Shown here: positions 49,536 to 61,483 of the stretch, piece after piece
How positions within the stretch are numbered: position 1 is the first letter of the stretch
Layout of the letters: every line of letters begins with the position of its first letter
Origin: Sphaerodactylus townsendi
Taxonomy: Eukaryota
DNA: 64,000 nucleotides
Direction of reading: 5' to 3'
NCBI RefSeq assembly: GCF_021028975.2
Contig: NC_059426.1
Location: 74,400,001 to 74,464,000 of the forward strand
Translations under genes and position numbers: made by a program
Notes under the pieces: model-generated
Told to the model about the DNA's origin: nothing
The model's database searches: none
What the model saw: only the letters and a program-made list of their open reading frames with translations

Positions 49536-49602
49536 AGAACTTTTTAAAAATACCAAAGAACTTTTTAAAAATACCAAAGAACTTTTTTAAAATACCAAAG
49601 AA
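49536..49602. repeat. 21-bp tandem repeat, 3 copies
   Basis: AGAACTTTTTAAAAATACCAA at 49536, 49557 and 49578. Confidence 0.95.
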
Positions 49603-50364
49603 TCAGGAGTTAATTTTAATTGGCTTCCACTGGATTTTTGTGCCGGGAACATCCCCCAGTGTGGCCATCAGACTTACACCACCCAAAACAGTGACAAATC
49701 TGTTTCTCTGGTGGGTAGCATGAAGGATTTTGAATTTCCACCCTTCCTGTGCTGCCTGGAGCCCCTTTGGAGGCAGCGCGGCTCTGCCATTGGCACACCA
49801 TCCCCAGCTGCTGCAACTCTCCCAGGATGTCTAGATTGTGCTGCAAGTGACCTCTGCTTTAAGTCTGGTTTGCACATGCAGGAAAATTAGGTAGCAGAAT
49901 GGAAGTGATGAGGTTCAGCCCCAACTACTCCTTTGCATTAAAAAAAACTTCCTAGAACTAGCACAGGAAGAAGAAAATATGTTGCTTACTGTGCTGTTTT
50001 TCTTGTTTGATGGACATTTTTAACATTCCCCCTGCAGAGTGAACTGTTGCAATTCATTCTCCCATTCTGGTAATTCATTGCCCCTGTTGCACTCATTGCA
50101 GGCATGAAGCAGGCCTCAGTGTTTTACTTGTATTAACTAGCTCAAACAATATCTCCATCTTCTCATAACAGAAAGAAAGCTCAGCAGGATTTTGTTTGTT
50201 TTTAACTGTATAAAGTGTGCAGTCCAGTAACAAAGAATCTGACTGAACCTTCAGAGGAAAGGGGATCAAATGTAATCTGTGATTCCAGTATTGCTGTATG
50301 GTTCTTTCCATTCCAAGAAAACAGCAGTGTCTTGAAAGGCCCTAACAATGCTTCTTTCTCCCAG

Positions 50365-50517
50365 GTGGTAACTGTGGCTGTTTACAGCTTCTTCTTGGCT
50401 TGTCTGATTGGCCGGCAGTTTCTGGACCCAACAAAGGCATATCCTGGCCATGAGACTGACCTTTTTGTTCCCATCTTCACCTTCCTACAGTTTTTCTTCT
50501 ATGCTGGATGGCTAAAG
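50365..50517 (+). CDS. BEST1: Bestrophin-1, exon 7 (153 nt)
   Basis: cccag| acceptor; [22 protein letters not shown]...[12 protein letters not shown]; |GTCTGT donor. Confidence 0.97.
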
Positions 50518-50641
50518 GTCTGTCTGACAGAATGAATGTTAATCACCAGGAATTTCTGTTCACTCATGCAGATCATGGGAAATGGGTTTTTGAGTCACCA
50601 AAATTAAATTATTATGTTCATTTCAAGCAATATGTATAGCT

Positions 50642-50998
50642 CAGTAGTGGCGAACCTATGGCACGGGTGCCAGAGGTGGCACTCAGAGCCCTCTCTGTGG
50701 GCACGCGCACAGAGAGTTCATCATGTGCGGGGGGGAAATCGCCCCCCCCCCACATCTAGGCTGGCTTGGGCCGCTGGACTTGATCTGCATGCACCTCAGC
50801 GAGCAGGGAGGACTCAGCTGGCGGTCCTGGTGCCTGTGCTCCAAGTGGCTGCTGCCTGGGGAGAGGCAGCGGAGATGCTAGAGAGGCGCAGAGCGGCACA
50901 TGTGGGACTTGCTGGAGGCTACAGCAAGCTGGCCCCTGCTCAAGGGGGTTATTCAGGTTAAATTGCCACGTTGGCACTTTGCCATAAATAAGTGGGTT
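50642..50998 (-). mobile_element. hAT element lacking one terminus
   Basis: Inverted relative of 59245-59751; stops about 50 bp short of its second TIR. Confidence 0.8.
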
Positions 50999-51173
50999 AT
51001 AAGTGGTTAATAACCTCCAGAACAACAAGAATTTACAGTTTGGGTGAGCTATCAGTACAATCTAAGGAGAATTGTTCCAGTCTAAACCCATTCATTTCAA
51101 TGGGGTTGGACTACTAGAGTAACTGCATAGGATTGCACTGCTATATCTATGATCTTTTCCAATAATTTTACAG

Positions 51174-51254
51174 GTAGCTGAACAGCTCATCAATCCATTT
51201 GGGGAAGATGATGATGACTTTGAAACCAACTGGCTCATTGATAGGAATCTGCAA
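51174..51254 (+). CDS. BEST1: Bestrophin-1, exon 8 (81 nt, Ca2+ clasp)
   Basis: ttacag| acceptor; [27 protein letters not shown] (E300-D304); |GTGAGT donor. Confidence 0.98.
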
Positions 51255-52007
51255 GTGAGTTGGAGGCCTTTACCAGAAGATCTTTCTTACACTTCCTAGG
51301 TAGCATCACCATCCACTTAGAACCATCAAAAACTGTGGCAGCCCTCCACTGTTCATCTGGTGCCATGAGCAGAGTATAGTATGAAATAACAAACTTAAGC
51401 TGGGATCAGTGACGTAGGTATAGATTTTTTATGGGACAGGTTTGGGGGCGGGGCCACACCCCCACCATCCCCTGGGGGCATGGCCACACCTCCCCATGCC
51501 CTGCCCCCGGCCTCAGTGCTTATAAAAGCAGCTCTCCGGGGCCAGGGGCGGCAGACTCACCTGCCCCCCCACCAGCTGGGCTCCCAGCCAGCAGCCAGCA
51601 GACCCTTCTGCCCTCCCCTCCAGGCAGAGGCATAGCTAGGGAAAATGGAGTCCAGTGCAGAATCTGAGTTTTGCGGGGGGGGGGGCATGGGCAGCCACTG
51701 TGATGCTGGAATCCCCCCCCCCCACCAAAAAAAACAGCATCACTTTCAATGGTGTTTAAGGGAGAATCTGGGGTCCCCAGTTAAAACAACATTGAAAGTG
51801 ATGCTGTTTGGGGGTGGATTCTCTCCCACCCTGAAACAGCATTACTTTCAATGTTTAAATTGTGGACTGCAACACTTCCACTGCAACACTTCCCCAGTTA
51901 CTAGAAACTTCTGTTTCTATCCAATATAGAAACATAAGGGCAGAACAGGAAAATATAATTGCAGTTTTTATCCCATTGTGTCTGACATACATATCCTCTC
52001 ATGACAG

Positions 52008-52159
52008 GTCTCTCTTATGGCTGTGGATGAAATGCACCAAGATTTGCCTGCTCTGCAGAAAGATCCATACTGGAATGAATCAGACCCACAGCCACCCTAC
52101 ACAGCAGCAACTGCAGAATATAAGCGGCCATCTTTTCTCGGTTCAACCTTTGACATCAG
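52008..52159 (+). CDS. BEST1: Bestrophin-1, exon 9 (152 nt; GC donor)
   Basis: gacag| acceptor; [14 protein letters not shown]...[24 protein letters not shown], including the inactivation peptide R356-S362; donor AG|GCAAGT. Confidence 0.95.
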
Positions 52160-52602
52160 GCAAGTGAAGTTGCCTAAAATAACACTGGCAATCTAACAAA
52201 GTATCTGATTTAAGCATCTGATTAAATAAGTTTTCCCAATGAACATCCATCCCACAATATACATTCTTTATATTTAAAGTTCCGCAAGGCTTTAGCAGTT
52301 TATAAAAATTTCCATTCTCTGAAGTGCAGACATTTTTTGCTGAGCTTCATCTCCCCATGTTTTTGTTGTTTTGATTTACTATGAAGCTGTTATTATGGCT
52401 TCTTATATAACCTTAGTCATCCAAATCTCATGGCTAAATTGTTTGTGGTACCAAGCCCCACCCTTCTCTTCAGCACTCAAATGATCCCTAAATGGTCTGT
52501 AGACAATAAAATTAGTATAATTGCTTTGGTAATCAAGGCACTTGCTGCCAAATAAGTGGTATCTGTACACACAATTGTGTAGTCCATGAGGTATCTCTTA
52601 AG

Positions 52603-53036
52603 GACATAAGAACTAGCCTGCTGGATCAGACCAGAGTCCATCTAGTCCAGCATTCTGCTACTCGCAGTGGCCCACCAGGTGCCTTTGGGAGCTCACGTGC
52701 AGGATGTGAAAGCAATGGCCTTCTGCTGCTGCTGCTCCTGAGCACCTGGTCTTTTAAGGCATTTGCAATCTGAGATCAAGGAGGATCAAGATTGGTAGCC
52801 ATAGATTGACTTCTCCTCCATAAATCTGTCCAAGCCCCTTTTAAAGCTATCCAGGTTAGTGGCCATAACCACCTCCTGTGGCAGCATATTCCAAACACCA
52901 ATCACACGTTGCGTGAAGAAGTGTTTCCTTTTATTAGTCCTAATTCTTCCCCCCAGCATTTTCAATGTATGCCCCCTGGTTCTAGTATTGTGAGAAAGAG
53001 AGAAAAATTTCTCTCTGTCAACATTTTCTACCCCCT
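52603..53036 (-). mobile_element. CR1 3' fragment (same family as 44236-46200)
   Basis: Reverse complement closely matches about 45757-46190. Confidence 0.92.
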
Positions 53037-54392
53037 GTCACTCTTGAACTCTTAAATCATGTCTAAAGAGACTTGTCACAGAATTCAGCTTTTCTTGATG
53101 TGGGACATGGAAATAGACAGAAAGGTCTGCTATAAACACTTAGCTAACAATGAAGTGGCAGATAGCAATGCACTGCCTCTCTGTACTATGAGGTCAGTTC
53201 TAGCAATGACTGACTCGGAAACAGATCTTGAGATTGTGGGGCATGGTTCAATGAAAATGTTGGCGGCAGCAGTGAAAGGGGGAAATTCCACATTGGGAAT
53301 TTTTGGAAAGAACTGCAAGAAGAATAAACACTACTGCAATACCTTTATAGAGGTTTTTTTGGAATTTTGCTATATAATTGAGCAGCGTGTTCCTGATGAC
53401 AAATTAGAAAAAGCTAGAGCTCCTGGGAAGCATAGTTTTCAGCCATCAGGGAGGAGCCAGATTCCAGTTCTTTCTGGAGGGGCAAGGACTACACTTCCCA
53501 GCAGCCCTTGATGTAGGAAGTCATACTCCCTTCCTCTCCCCATGGTGTGCTTCTCCCTGACAGTGACAAGCCTTGCAAGGGGGAGAAAGTGCAGGAGGAA
53601 GGCATGCTCCCCTCCTCCCCACCACAGTGTGCTTCTCCCTAGCAGGACTAGGTCCCTGTTGTGAATTTTGAAGAACTTCCTGCCTAGGAACACGGGACAA
53701 ACTCTATCAAGCTGTGCCAGAAGAGCCTGTTTGCAAAGTCAGGGGAAACTGTGTGTGTCGGCAGGGGGTGGCAGATCTGAGAAAGGAGAACCCATTTGCA
53801 AAATTAGGGGAGCTTGTCTGTGTGCATGGGGAGAGGGGGGAATCTGAGAAAGAAGTCTTTTGAAAAGTTAAGGAAGTTTGTCTGAGTGTGTGCAGGGAGG
53901 AGAGGGGCTGAGAAAGGAGAGCCCATGTGCAAAGGAGCCTCGCTATGTGTGTGTGGGGTGGTATCTGTAGTAAGTAAGCATTTTTTCACTGAATAATTAG
54001 GCTAGTTTTTCATTATCTGTGGTAAATTGTGGTGCTAAATGGGGAGGAAAAGCAGAATGGTTGGCCCCCTCAGTGTGGGCACTGAAAGAAGTTATCTTGG
54101 TTGTAGGCCTTCCAGAACATCTGGTTTGCTCTTGGGTGAAGCAAGATGCTGAACTAGACTGCTCGTCTAATCCAGTTTTGCTGCACTTATATTCCAGTGA
54201 AGCTATCTGGGAAATTATCAGTCTACTTTAAAGGTTGATTTTGAGGATAAAAGAGGGGAGTAGAAGGCATGCTGATCTAAGTTTCATAGAGGGTGGAATA
54301 AAAATGGAATAAAATTTCTTTGTTCTATAGACATATCAGCTATGAGTCTTCTCCTCACTCATTTGTTGTAACTGCCTTTCTCTCTTTTCCAG

Positions 54393-55581
54393 CATGCAGA
54401 AAGAGGAGATGGAATTCCAACCCCTGGAAAAGATTAAAGAGAACGAGGAAGCAAACCACTCCACACCATTGCTGGGGCACATAAGCCGCTTTTTGAGTGT
54501 CCAATCCCCCAGTTTCACCAGAGCATCATCAAGAATGAACCTGATGAGTCGGAGGAATGAAAATATGCCTCCTTCCCCTTATTATGCATATCCAGATGGG
54601 AAATCTGGGAGCCCTACTAGCATTAATCCACAAAGGTTTCATCCAGGTTTCAACTCACAGAATCAATGGGAAAATGAAGATAGCAAACTAAGAGAATTTG
54701 ATGCCTTCATGTCTACTCCGTTCTATGAGAGGCCTGGTTTCTACAGTGCTCCCCAAACACCTATCAGCTCCATTCCAATGATCTTCCCATCCAGACGTCT
54801 AGGCCGCAAAAAGCCTCCTGCCCTCTCCAGTATTGTTGCCTGTTCTTTGAAGGACAACTCTGCCAGCCAGTCCCCTTGTAAGGCTAGTGATAAGGATAGA
54901 AGTCAGTCCTCTCTTGGTTCAGGACCTAAAGAAACCTCTGCATGGCCAGCAGAAAAAAGCCACATACCAGACTCACTAACAGTGACGGTAGAAAAGGAGG
55001 AAATACCCACAAGCCATAAATTCAAGGATGTTGTTCCTCTTGGAAGCCCAGGTGCCCTATCCTCAGGGGACTCAGGAAGTCCCAGTTTTCATTTCTTTCC
55101 TGAGTCCCCAGACCCTGAATGGCAAGCTAACAGCAAGAACAGTCTAAAAGCATACCATCATCCATGGCTGACTCGAGATAACACAACAACTCCAAACCCA
55201 GATCACCCTACCTCCCTTCATATTGATAGCACCAGGACCCCTAGCAGCAATGGCCCTACCTTTTTTTCATTCACACCTTTGACATCTCCAGTGCTTGAGA
55301 GATCCCATATGAACAAAGCAAAAGCTGCCATGGAACCTAACTCAGATGACACTCCTGGAGTTCCTGAGCAAGATCCTGCAATGGTTTCTGGGCATGCAAA
55401 AGACATAGGAAGTGGAGGCACCAATGCTCATCTCACTAAAGATCAGAGAAAGGTAGCCAGCTCCTCCCCCAATGACTCTGGCATCTCTCTAGCAGAGGGA
55501 GACCTTGTGGGATTAATGGAGGTGATCATGGAAACCAACGAAAACACAGCTGATGAAGGGAAGATAGACAAAGACAACTAA
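54393..55581 (+). CDS. BEST1: Bestrophin-1, terminal coding exon 10 (1189 nt including stop)
   Basis: ttttccag|C acceptor completes Ser367; matches the 395-aa ORF MQKEEMEFQPLEKIKENEEANHSTPLLGH...; TAA at 55579-55581; total CDS 2289 nt = 762 aa. Confidence 0.93.
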
Positions 55582-55655
55582 ATGGAATGGCCTTACAGGT
55601 TCTTTAGGATGGTGTCATTGTTCTTTAACCAAGTTTCATTGGTGATCAGCCTTTT

Positions 55656-55661
55656 AATAAA
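55656..55661 (+). terminator. Candidate BEST1 polyadenylation signal
   Basis: First AATAAA after the stop codon, about 75 nt downstream. Confidence 0.45.
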
Positions 55662-56065
55662 TTGTGTCAAAAAGGCACCAGAACCAGGTACTGGGAGCTG
55701 AAGAACAATTGAGAACTTTAGCCCCTTAGGTTGAGTGTCTGATGTGTCTGTTACAAACTAGGAAAATAGCTGCCATGCCAGTAAGCAGTTAAGACTTGTT
55801 TGTTGGACTGCTTGAAAGCCCCAAAGAATGGAATCATGTCACTAACACTGGAACCAGTTTCAGCTGTAGATTAAGTGTCAGTTTTACATGACTAATGCTA
55901 CAATCAGTGATTCCTTTCCCACTTGTAACATTTACTTGGTGAGCACTTGTACTAGGGCAATCAGCAGGTAAAATTCATTGGATATATACCAATCTGGAGA
56001 GCCGATTTCTTTGTAGCAATACTGGGCAACTCCCATACAATGATTACAGAAGACTATCACACATT

Positions 56066-56346
56066 GAAGAAGAGTTTGGATTTATATCCCTCCTTTCTCT
56101 CCTGTAAGTAGACTCAAAGGGGTGTACAATCTCCTTCCCCCCCCCCAACAAACACCCTGTGAGGTGGGTGGGGCTGAGAGAGCTCCAAAGAACCGTGACT
56201 AGCCCAAGGTCACCCAGCTGGCATGTGTTGGAGTGCACAAGCTAATCTGGTTCACCAGATAGGCCTCCACAGCTCAAGTGGCAGAGCAGTGAATCAAACC
56301 CGGTTCTCCAGATTAGAGTGCACCTGCACTATACCATGCTGGCTCT
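56066..56346 (-). mobile_element. tRNA-derived SINE with L2-like tail
   Basis: Minus-strand head AGAGCCAGCATGGTATAGTG with B-box GGTTTGATTC; (TTC)n tail. Confidence 0.75.
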
Positions 56347-56749
56347 AATTGGAAAAGACTTGCCTGAATCAGTTTACAAATTATGGTAACATGCTTGTGG
56401 AAGTTTTATCCATTTCAAAGGCACATCAGTCTTAAATATCTACAGTACAGAGGCTCTATGGCAACAATTCCCATGCCATGTGCTCCAGGACTAGATGAAA
56501 TGTGCCTCAAAAACGCCAGCAGGTTGGGTTAGTTCACCATTCGCTGCCCAGCAGAGCCAGGATGACCCACGTAGTATTAATTCCTATCTGCTGCCAAAAT
56601 ATGGGGAGGGATCACAGACACATTATTGCTCCCAAAAGCACTCTAATCCCTCAGCTAAAAGGCTTACTGGGTAACAGGAGGGCAGAACTATAGCAGGCAA
56701 CTTTGACTGGGCTGTCCTGCAGCAAGGATGCCTGTCCGTTGCCCTAGGA

Positions 56750-56895
56750 CCGTGGTGGCAAACCTTTGGCACTCCAGATGTTATGGACTACAATTCCCAT
56801 CAGCCCCTGCCAGCATGACCAATTGGTCATGCTGGCAGGGGCTGATGGGAATTGTAGTCCATAACATCTGGAGTGCCAAAGGTTCGCCACCACTG
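56750..56895. mobile_element. Fully palindromic hAT MITE with TSD CCCTAGGA
   Basis: 146-bp near-perfect hairpin centred on CCAATTGG; TSD at 56742-56749 and 56896-56903. Confidence 0.92.
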
Positions 56896-59244
56896 CCCTA
56901 GGAGCTTACAAGCGTATTTTTCTCAACCTCTTCTGAAGTTTAAGAGTGAAGCATGCCTCCAATTGTAATATGAAGGGGAAAAAAACCCTGAGCTCTAGGT
57001 GTGAATAAAATGGAGAAGAGACTGATGAAACTGCTTTGAGATCCCATTGGGAAGAAAGGTGATACAGATGAAGTAAATAAATGTTTGAGAAACTCTGCTC
57101 TACAAGTGTAACTGCCTTTAGAAAATAAACAGAGTACACAGCAGAACAATGGAAGCCACTTTTAGTACCCTTTGGGGATAATGGCAGGGCATAAATTAAG
57201 TTAAATAAATGAAAACTCAGAGGTTAATAATCTCCAAAACAACAAGAGTTTACAGTTTGGGTGAGCTATCAGAACAATCTAAGGAGAATTATTCCAGACA
57301 AAACCCATTCATTTCAATGGGGTTGGACTACTAGAGTAACTCTGCATAGGATTGCACTGCATAGCACAAAAGATCTGAACAGCTTTCTTACACTAGAACA
57401 GCAGATATTGTATTTCTAACCCTCCACTAAGTGATTAAAAAAGAAAATCATGTCATACTTTTTTAGGTTCTCATGCACATTAAACAGTAATCCACTCCTA
57501 AAAAGCAGATGACAAATGAAACCACCCATGAGAAAAATGTTTCACTTCCTAATTACAGAAATAGTATCAGCAAAAACAATGACACCACCCTGTTTTACCA
57601 AATAAAATCAAATGGGCTACTTATACTTGCCATAATAGCTTGAGCAACTGATAAGACTCAGTAAACTATACCTGCCCCGGAAAAGTTTTTGACGCCAAAA
57701 TTACATTGAAATGGATATGAAAAGTACTGTTACAATTTGGGGACAACATCTGTAACCAAACACTTGCTTTTTCATACTGGAAACCTCACATGATATCATA
57801 TGAGAACTGTGGCTATTCTCACTTCTCTGTTGCCACCTGGCTAGATGTCTACATAACAAGGAGGAAATTCCCTTCATAAAAATAATCTGCATTTTTTTAG
57901 ATTAGAATAAGATTAGCACTAAATAACTCCACTATATGCATAACTTACTATTTTGACTACAATTGATGGTAGGATTTCCATCCATGAAACTGGTTTACAA
58001 GCATGACACAAGACTGTATACATTCCTCACAATCAGAGATTTCACATGATTTTAGAGGAAAAACTTCTTTTCTAGCTCTTCTGTTCACTGTAAGAATCAG
58101 GCCCTTTCCACACATGCAAAAAATGCACTTTCAATCCACTTTGTAGCTAGATATTACTGTGCAGAATAGCAAAATCCACTGGCAAATAATTGTGAAAGTG
58201 GATTCAGAGTGCATTATTCTGCATGTGCAGAAGGGGCCAAAGTGTGCTGCAGGTCTTATTTTTAGCAGATTTCAGTCTATCGCAAACATCTAACAAATGA
58301 TTGTACAATTAATTAGCAGCTATGCCATCAGGCAATTATCCAACCACATTGCAGGACTCTTTAGAAAAAGTCAAGATGTGCTGAAGTAATAACATTGGCA
58401 TGTTTTACAAGATCATAGGATGCTTGTATATTCCTAGTAAGTTATAGTGTTGGGGTTCCCAAAGCGTGACTTCTAACTGAACTGGCAGCCATGTGGGTGC
58501 TTAACATTGCTGACACCTACATGCTTAATTACCTCAGGATGTACACAAAATATGTTAAAGATTAGCAAAACTTTGCATGAAATGTCATCAAAACTGGCAT
58601 GTAATTGGAAAGATGTAGAAGTCATTAGTACACTGATTTCTACAGTAACCTCAGAAGAGATTCAGCTCTGCACAAGCTTAGATTGCCAGTCTAAAGCAAC
58701 ATGATAGGAACTGTATCAAAACACTAATGACAAGCCATGTTTACCATGGGGAGCCATCCAGCTCCCTAGTGGAGTGTTTTCCTGACAGAAGGTCTCAGGT
58801 TCATTGCCAGCAACTCCAGTTGAGATGATCTGGTAGTAATAGATGTGGGAGACCTTGAACTGAGATTCTGGAAAGCCATGGCCCACCTGAGTACACTTTA
58901 ATAAGCCAATGATCTGACAACTTCATGCATATATGTAGCTGTTTTTTTAAAAAAAAAAATTCTAGAAGTGTAACCAACTCCAGCTATTCCAGCAAGAAGA
59001 ATCTTGGAGCCCTGTTACAGAGCAAATTTACCTACATCCTGCGATAACTTAAAGAACAAATCCTATTATAGCAGGTTCATTGAGTTAGGATGGCATCTGA
59101 GCATTTCACTCAATGAGGAAAACACAGTTCTGTGCATTTGCAATGAACAAGCCTGAACATAGAAAGTTCAAAATGTAGCTTTACCAACTCCTTGCTCCCT
59201 GCAAGTGGCAAAAAGTGGGGGGAACTGTTGAGTATGCACTAGAC

Positions 59245-59751
59245 CAGTGATGGCGAACCTTTTTGAGACCAAGTGCCCAAATTGCAACCCAAAACCCACT
59301 TATTTATTGCAAAGTGCCAACACGGCAATTAAACCCGAATACTGAGGTTTTAGTTTAGAAAAAACAGTTGGCTCCGAGGGGTGCGTTACTCAGGAGTAAG
59401 CTTGGTGGAGTCAGTGGCTTTGAATCAACCGTGCATCTCTTCCAATGGGTGAATCACGACCCTAGGAGGGTTTACTCAGAAGCAAGCCCCATTGCTAGCA
59501 ACCGAGCTTACTCCCAGGTAAAGGATTGTGCTTTTGTTCTTTGCATGAAAATCAGTGGGGCTTAACAGCGCTTAACAGGGTTACCTACACTGCTTCCCCA
59601 AAACTAGGTCTTAAGTTTAATGCTAATAATTGAGCCCAGCAGCCCAGGCCAGCCTAGATGTGGGGGGGGGAGGGCACTCTGTTTGTGCGTGCCCACAGAA
59701 AGGGCTCTGAGTGCCACCTCTGGCACCCGTGCCATAGGTTCACCATCACTG
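59245..59751. mobile_element. Non-autonomous hAT element A
   Basis: TIR CAGTGATGGCGAACCT / AGGTTCACCATCACTG; TSD CACTAGAC. Confidence 0.9.
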
Positions 59752-59759
59752 CACTAGAC

Positions 59760-60392
59760 CAGGGGTCTTTACCACCCAAAGAGCCATTTGGACCCGTTTT
59801 CCACGGCCCCGATCATCTACAAAGCCGGACAGCCTCTGGTTCAGCCCCTCCCTCACCTTTCCTTCCAGCGCTGGGAGGTGGAGACGCCGGGCAGGGAAAC
59901 CCCCTCTGCCCGCCTGCTCCATGGGGCAGAGGGGATGGTGCCCATGGCCTGCCCGGTGCCGCTGCCTCTTGCGCTGTGGGAGACAGCAGTGCCAGGCAGG
60001 AAAACCCCCTCTGCCCAACGGAACAGGCAGCCACCTGTTCCATGGGGCAGAGGGGAAAGGCCGGCTACGGGGATGGCAGAGGGGGGTGGTGGCTGCTCTG
60101 GAGGGACATGCCCACACTACCCTCCAACCTCCAGGGGTCAGAGGGCAGCATGGTCATGTCCCTCCAGAGCAGCGCTGGAAGGAGAGGTGAGTGGAGGAGA
60201 CGCAAAAAATGGTGCCCTCATGCACGGAGCCGCCTCTGGTTCGGCCCCTCCACTCACCTTTCCTTTCAGAACTGATCTGGAGGGCAGGAGGGACACCCCC
60301 ACACTACCCTCCAACCTCCAAGCCACGCAGAGCTGCAGTAGAAGACTGAAAGAGCTGCATGCGGCTTCAGAGCCGCAGGTTGCAGACCCCTG
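59760..60392. mobile_element. Non-autonomous hAT element B
   Basis: TIR CAGGGGTCT / AGACCCCTG; TSD CACTAGAC shared with element A; GC-rich internal repeats. Confidence 0.88.
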
Positions 60393-60550
60393 CACTAGAC
60401 CATGCCCCCAGCTCAGTTACTGCAGAGCAATGGAGACCTACAAGCTGTAGTAACTTTAGCAGAAATACTTTACTGCTCTTGATATGCTTCACTGGCTTGT
60501 AAATTCCCTACACATAACAGCACATCTGAAACCAACTGGAACCAAGTCAG

Positions 60551-60556
60551 TTTATT
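60551..60556 (-). terminator. FTH1 polyadenylation signal
   Basis: AATAAA on the minus strand about 125 nt after the stop, followed by a GT/T-rich tract. Confidence 0.75.
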
Positions 60557-60680
60557 GGGCATTAGATACAACAAAATTTTGATTTTTTTTACAGTCATGG
60601 AAAGTGTTAGGGATAAACCAAGGAAACATGCATGGTCAAACAAAAAGCTCCAGTTCCAGTGAGGCATAAATGGCAGGCCT

Positions 60681-60845
<165 letters not shown>

Positions 60846-61345
60846 CTACAAGAAAAAAAAAAGAATGGTATAGGTTAAACAGAAGCACACACATCCAGCT
60901 CCACAGAAAACCAAGCAGCCCTCTGGGTCCCATGCAAGAATATGACACAAAAAGACACTGTGACATCATTAGTCTGTGATTTCAACTCCGTTGTATTCCC
61001 CTTCCTTCCTCAACACCCCCCCACCACCACCACCACCAAATATGGTTTCTAAGGCTTTACAAACTTCATTAATGGGAGCAGTTAAGGAAGTGCAAGGATA
61101 TTATCATTGACCTCCAGGCCTACAGGTAAGTCATGCTGTAGAGCTATATAATGAGGTGGTCCAAGTTCTGCAGCAATAAAAATGCATCCTGCTGTTTGAA
61201 CTAGTTACCCTGACAACTGGGTAGCCCAATCTTGTCAGATCTTGGAAGCTAAGGAGGATTAAACCTGGTTAGTATTTGGATGGAACATGGTGCAAAGCAG
61301 TCCGTCTGTTCTACTGATTTCTATCTGAGCATAGCATTCTCATTA

Positions 61346-61483
<138 letters not shown>

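Noticed and set aside
49536-49602. Short direct repeats considered as CRISPR-like (also 18768-18871)
   Set aside because: Head-to-tail with no spacers, eukaryotic context, no cas genes.
31691-55581. Assignment as BEST2, BEST3 or BEST4
   Set aside because: Despite F148, the overall sequence is chicken-BEST1-like and tail-to-tail adjacency with FTH1 identifies BEST1.
59658-60450. 205 and 220 aa ORFs
   Set aside because: Chance ORFs in GC-rich hAT element B; no transposase motifs.
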